From: Actinomycetes bacterium
GTDB taxonomy: Bacteria > Actinomycetota > JAICYB01
DNA: 64,000 bases
Direction: 5' to 3'
NCBI GenBank assembly: GCA_025934435.1
Contig: JAICYB010000009.1
Location: 9,724-73,723 of the forward strand
Shown piece by piece: positions 63,901 to 64,000 of this stretch. The notes below the pieces were generated by a model, which made no database searches, was not told where the DNA came from, and saw only the letters and a program-made list of their open reading frames with translations. Within the stretch, counting starts at the first letter, position 1. Every line of letters starts with the position of its first letter. The position numbers and the translations under genes were made by a program.

Positions 63901-64000
63901 TAGGAATCGCCCGGCAACCGCGCGGGTTGCTTTCGAGTGAACGGAACGCTCGTCTCCCCCCGCCCGGGTATCCTCGACTTTCCAGAGCCTATGGCGACCG

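Noticed and set aside
1-64000. Search for tRNA/rRNA/ncRNA genes, e.g. T-loop GGTTCGAATCC-like motifs.
   Set aside because: The few GGTTCGA-like matches all fall inside well-supported CDSs with no cloverleaf context. Intergenic space is minimal (mostly under 150 bp), so no RNA genes are called.

Overview
This is a high-GC (~70%) and very gene-dense segment, and the codon bias, GGAGG-type RBSs and mycothiol/LmbE genes make it almost certainly an actinobacterial chromosome. I called about 60 protein genes and found no rRNA, tRNA or CRISPR. Many of the long Arg-rich ORFs in the six-frame track are antisense or out-of-frame shadows of the real genes; high GC makes such stop-free shadow frames common.

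Content by region:
- 1-2.3 kb: a partial FadD-like acyl-CoA synthetase and mca.
- 2.3-7.3 kb: an accessory-looking block. It holds a Cys-rich secreted protein, a long atypical regulator, a CHAP-PKD cell-wall hydrolase with internal tandem domains, two tandemly duplicated XRE repressors with a perfect GCATGGCATG palindrome operator, and a truncated ComM-like Lon/ChlI-domain remnant.
- 7.3-20.6 kb: a TetR-controlled lipid/xenobiotic catabolic cluster. It contains three more AMP-ligases, an FAD monooxygenase, an esterase, a nitronate monooxygenase, a CoA-transferase, an RTX-like Ca-binding protein and a frameshifted GNAT.
- 20.6-22.5 kb: a translationally coupled surface-protein pair, one with a Pro/Thr-rich tandem-repeat linker and one a parallel beta-helix protein.
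- 22.4-24.5 kb: a two-gene split version of the AgrE/ArgZ arginine-to-proline pathway (amidinotransferase-fold enzyme plus a TIGR00300/LOR-SDH ornithine-cyclodeaminase-like enzyme).
- 24.5-36 kb: LigC-like DNA ligase, two aldo/keto reductases, a P450 (its paralog is at 40.2 kb), a sulfatase, an ABC-2 exporter, MFS and TerC.
- 36.5-41.5 kb: a five-gene coupled operon, P450-VOC-Nei/Fpg-AlkA-UbiB kinase.
- 42.4-47 kb: a detox-like operon of amidase-VOC-flavoprotein-MDMPI-like-membrane protein.
- 47.6-56.6 kb: GT4 plus a debranching-enzyme-like glycosidase, then a tricorn-protease operon with AP-family, NmrA-like and PghP-like genes.
- 56.6-64 kb: PutA, a CDF transporter with three tandem C-terminal domains, an M48 protease and a class E sortase.

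Coordinates were derived from the ORF-track frames. My manual base counting disagreed with the track by 1 nt in places, so treat starts as +/-1-3 nt.
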